IMG/VR virus record: IMGVR_UViG_3300010354_000051
Location: 54,720-118,719 of that record
Source of the DNA: a virus
DNA length: 64,000 nucleotides
Reading direction: 5' to 3' (one strand)
Of this stretch, positions 63,195 to 64,000 are shown piece after piece. Positions within the stretch are counted from its first letter, which is position 1. Each line of letters begins with the position of its first letter. The notes below the pieces were generated by a model that was not told where the DNA came from, made no database searches, and saw only the letters and a list, made by a program, of their open reading frames with translations. Position numbers and translations under genes: made by a program.

Positions 63195-63252
63195 AATTCG
63201 GACCCTGGGGCGGGCGGAGTCCGCCCCAGCCCCTCCCGTTAGGGAGGACAAG

Positions 63253-63774
63253 TCAAATGTACCAGGGATGCCTAAATCTTAACTGTACTATTATACGAAC
63301 AATCGTTTTCGCCCCGTACACATAGGCTAAGAACCCTAGTGGCAATATAAGACCAGGGACAACATATATTACAGGTATTACTGAGATTACACCTATACAC
63401 CTTAGTAATACCGACCATACCTGGCCAATTTCGTAAAGGTTAATTCTAGCCTTTAAAGTCATAACAGTAGTTTTCCTGTTGACGGAACCAACATCAAGCT
63501 CAAAATGCAAAAGGGTCGTTATTTCACTTGCCACAGCTTTAATCCCCCTTTCTCTTACCTGTTCCCAAAAGCTTATCTCACCAGTAACATAATAAGCGAA
63601 ATCACCTTCTCCCTCAAGGGATCTCTCTGCGCTGATTAGCCTGTTAGGCTCGTACCACATATATAAGACATTAGTATCATACCCTTCCCCTACCATACGG
63701 GCTATCCTAACACCATAAACGAATCTGAAGTAAGCATAGACAACCATCAGTTTAACAAGCTTCATGTCAGCCAA
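63253..63774 (-). CDS. Membrane protein, paralog family
   Basis: VVYAYFRFVYGVR...RERGIKAVASEITTLLHF; C-terminal TM hairpin. Confidence 0.55.
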   Translation of the reverse strand: MADMKLVKLMVVYAYFRFVYGVRIARMVGEGYDTNVLYMWYEPNRLISAERSLEGEGDFAYYVTGEISFWEQVRERGIKAVASEITTLLHFELDVGSVNRKTTVMTLKARINLYEIGQVWSVLLRCIGVISVIPVIYVVPGLILPLGFLAYVYGAKTIVRIIVQLRFRHPWYI

Positions 63775-63874
63775 AAGCCTCCAGCTTTATAAAATTAAAA
63801 GAGGGTGAAAGCCAGATAGGCCCTAATTGTAACAACTCTTAGTAATATTATCAGACCGTCACACAAACGACGCA

Positions 63875-63885
63875 CATTATACCAC
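63875..63885 (-). promoter_or_regulatory. Sigma70-like extended -10 element GTGGTATAATG
   Basis: TG-n-TATAAT upstream of ORF 63774. Confidence 0.5.
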
Positions 63886-64000
63886 GGCCATCTCCCCCGG
63901 CGGCATGGACTCCGAGTCCATGCCCCATGGCGAAGTCGTCCGGATCATGCTGTAACTTGGCCGGCCACTAAGCTCGGCCTGACCAGACGGGCGGGGGGCC

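Noticed and set aside
63804-63812. GGTGAAAGC copy as a late promoter
   Set aside because: It points away from any ORF visible in the window and may be the single chance copy
63886-64000. RNase P, tmRNA or riboswitch at the GC-rich window end
   Set aside because: No diagnostic conserved motifs and the region is truncated by the window edge; only the hairpin is reported
1-64000. Stop-codon reassignment (alternative genetic code)
   Set aside because: Long conserved ORFs read through in code 11, TAA, TAG and TGA all end genes at sensible positions, and there is no suppressor tRNA

Overview
Window from a large (jumbo-like) contractile-tailed dsDNA phage, most likely a cyanophage. The host inference rests on a bilin reductase, a CP12-like peptide and cyanophage-typical small proteins. 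About 1-44.6 kb is virion morphogenesis, spread over both strands: large LRR, beta-helix and BspA-type fibre or spike proteins, tail tube, Mu-like (DUF935) portal, tail chaperones, tail sheath, Mu-like protease/scaffold, capsid cement, major capsid and head-tail joining proteins. The major capsid gene is split by a 912-nt group I intron carrying an HNH endonuclease. About 44.6-59.5 kb holds replication and auxiliary genes: Dps-like, RlpA, mitochondrial PolG-type DNA polymerase, metallophosphoesterase, CP12-like peptide, free HNH, 3 tRNAs, SpeD, a catalytically degenerate Dam homolog, a PebA-like bilin reductase and topoisomerase II subunit A. A non-coding iteron and palindrome block (59.5-60.2 kb) is followed by a tandem family of small membrane-protein genes. 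A conserved GKTGAAAGC motif precedes most structural genes (putative late promoter). Two unexplained structured non-coding elements were found: a multi-stem leader of the capsid operon and a hairpin displaying a 16S anti-Shine-Dalgarno sequence. All protein family calls come from motif recognition by eye, not from database searches.
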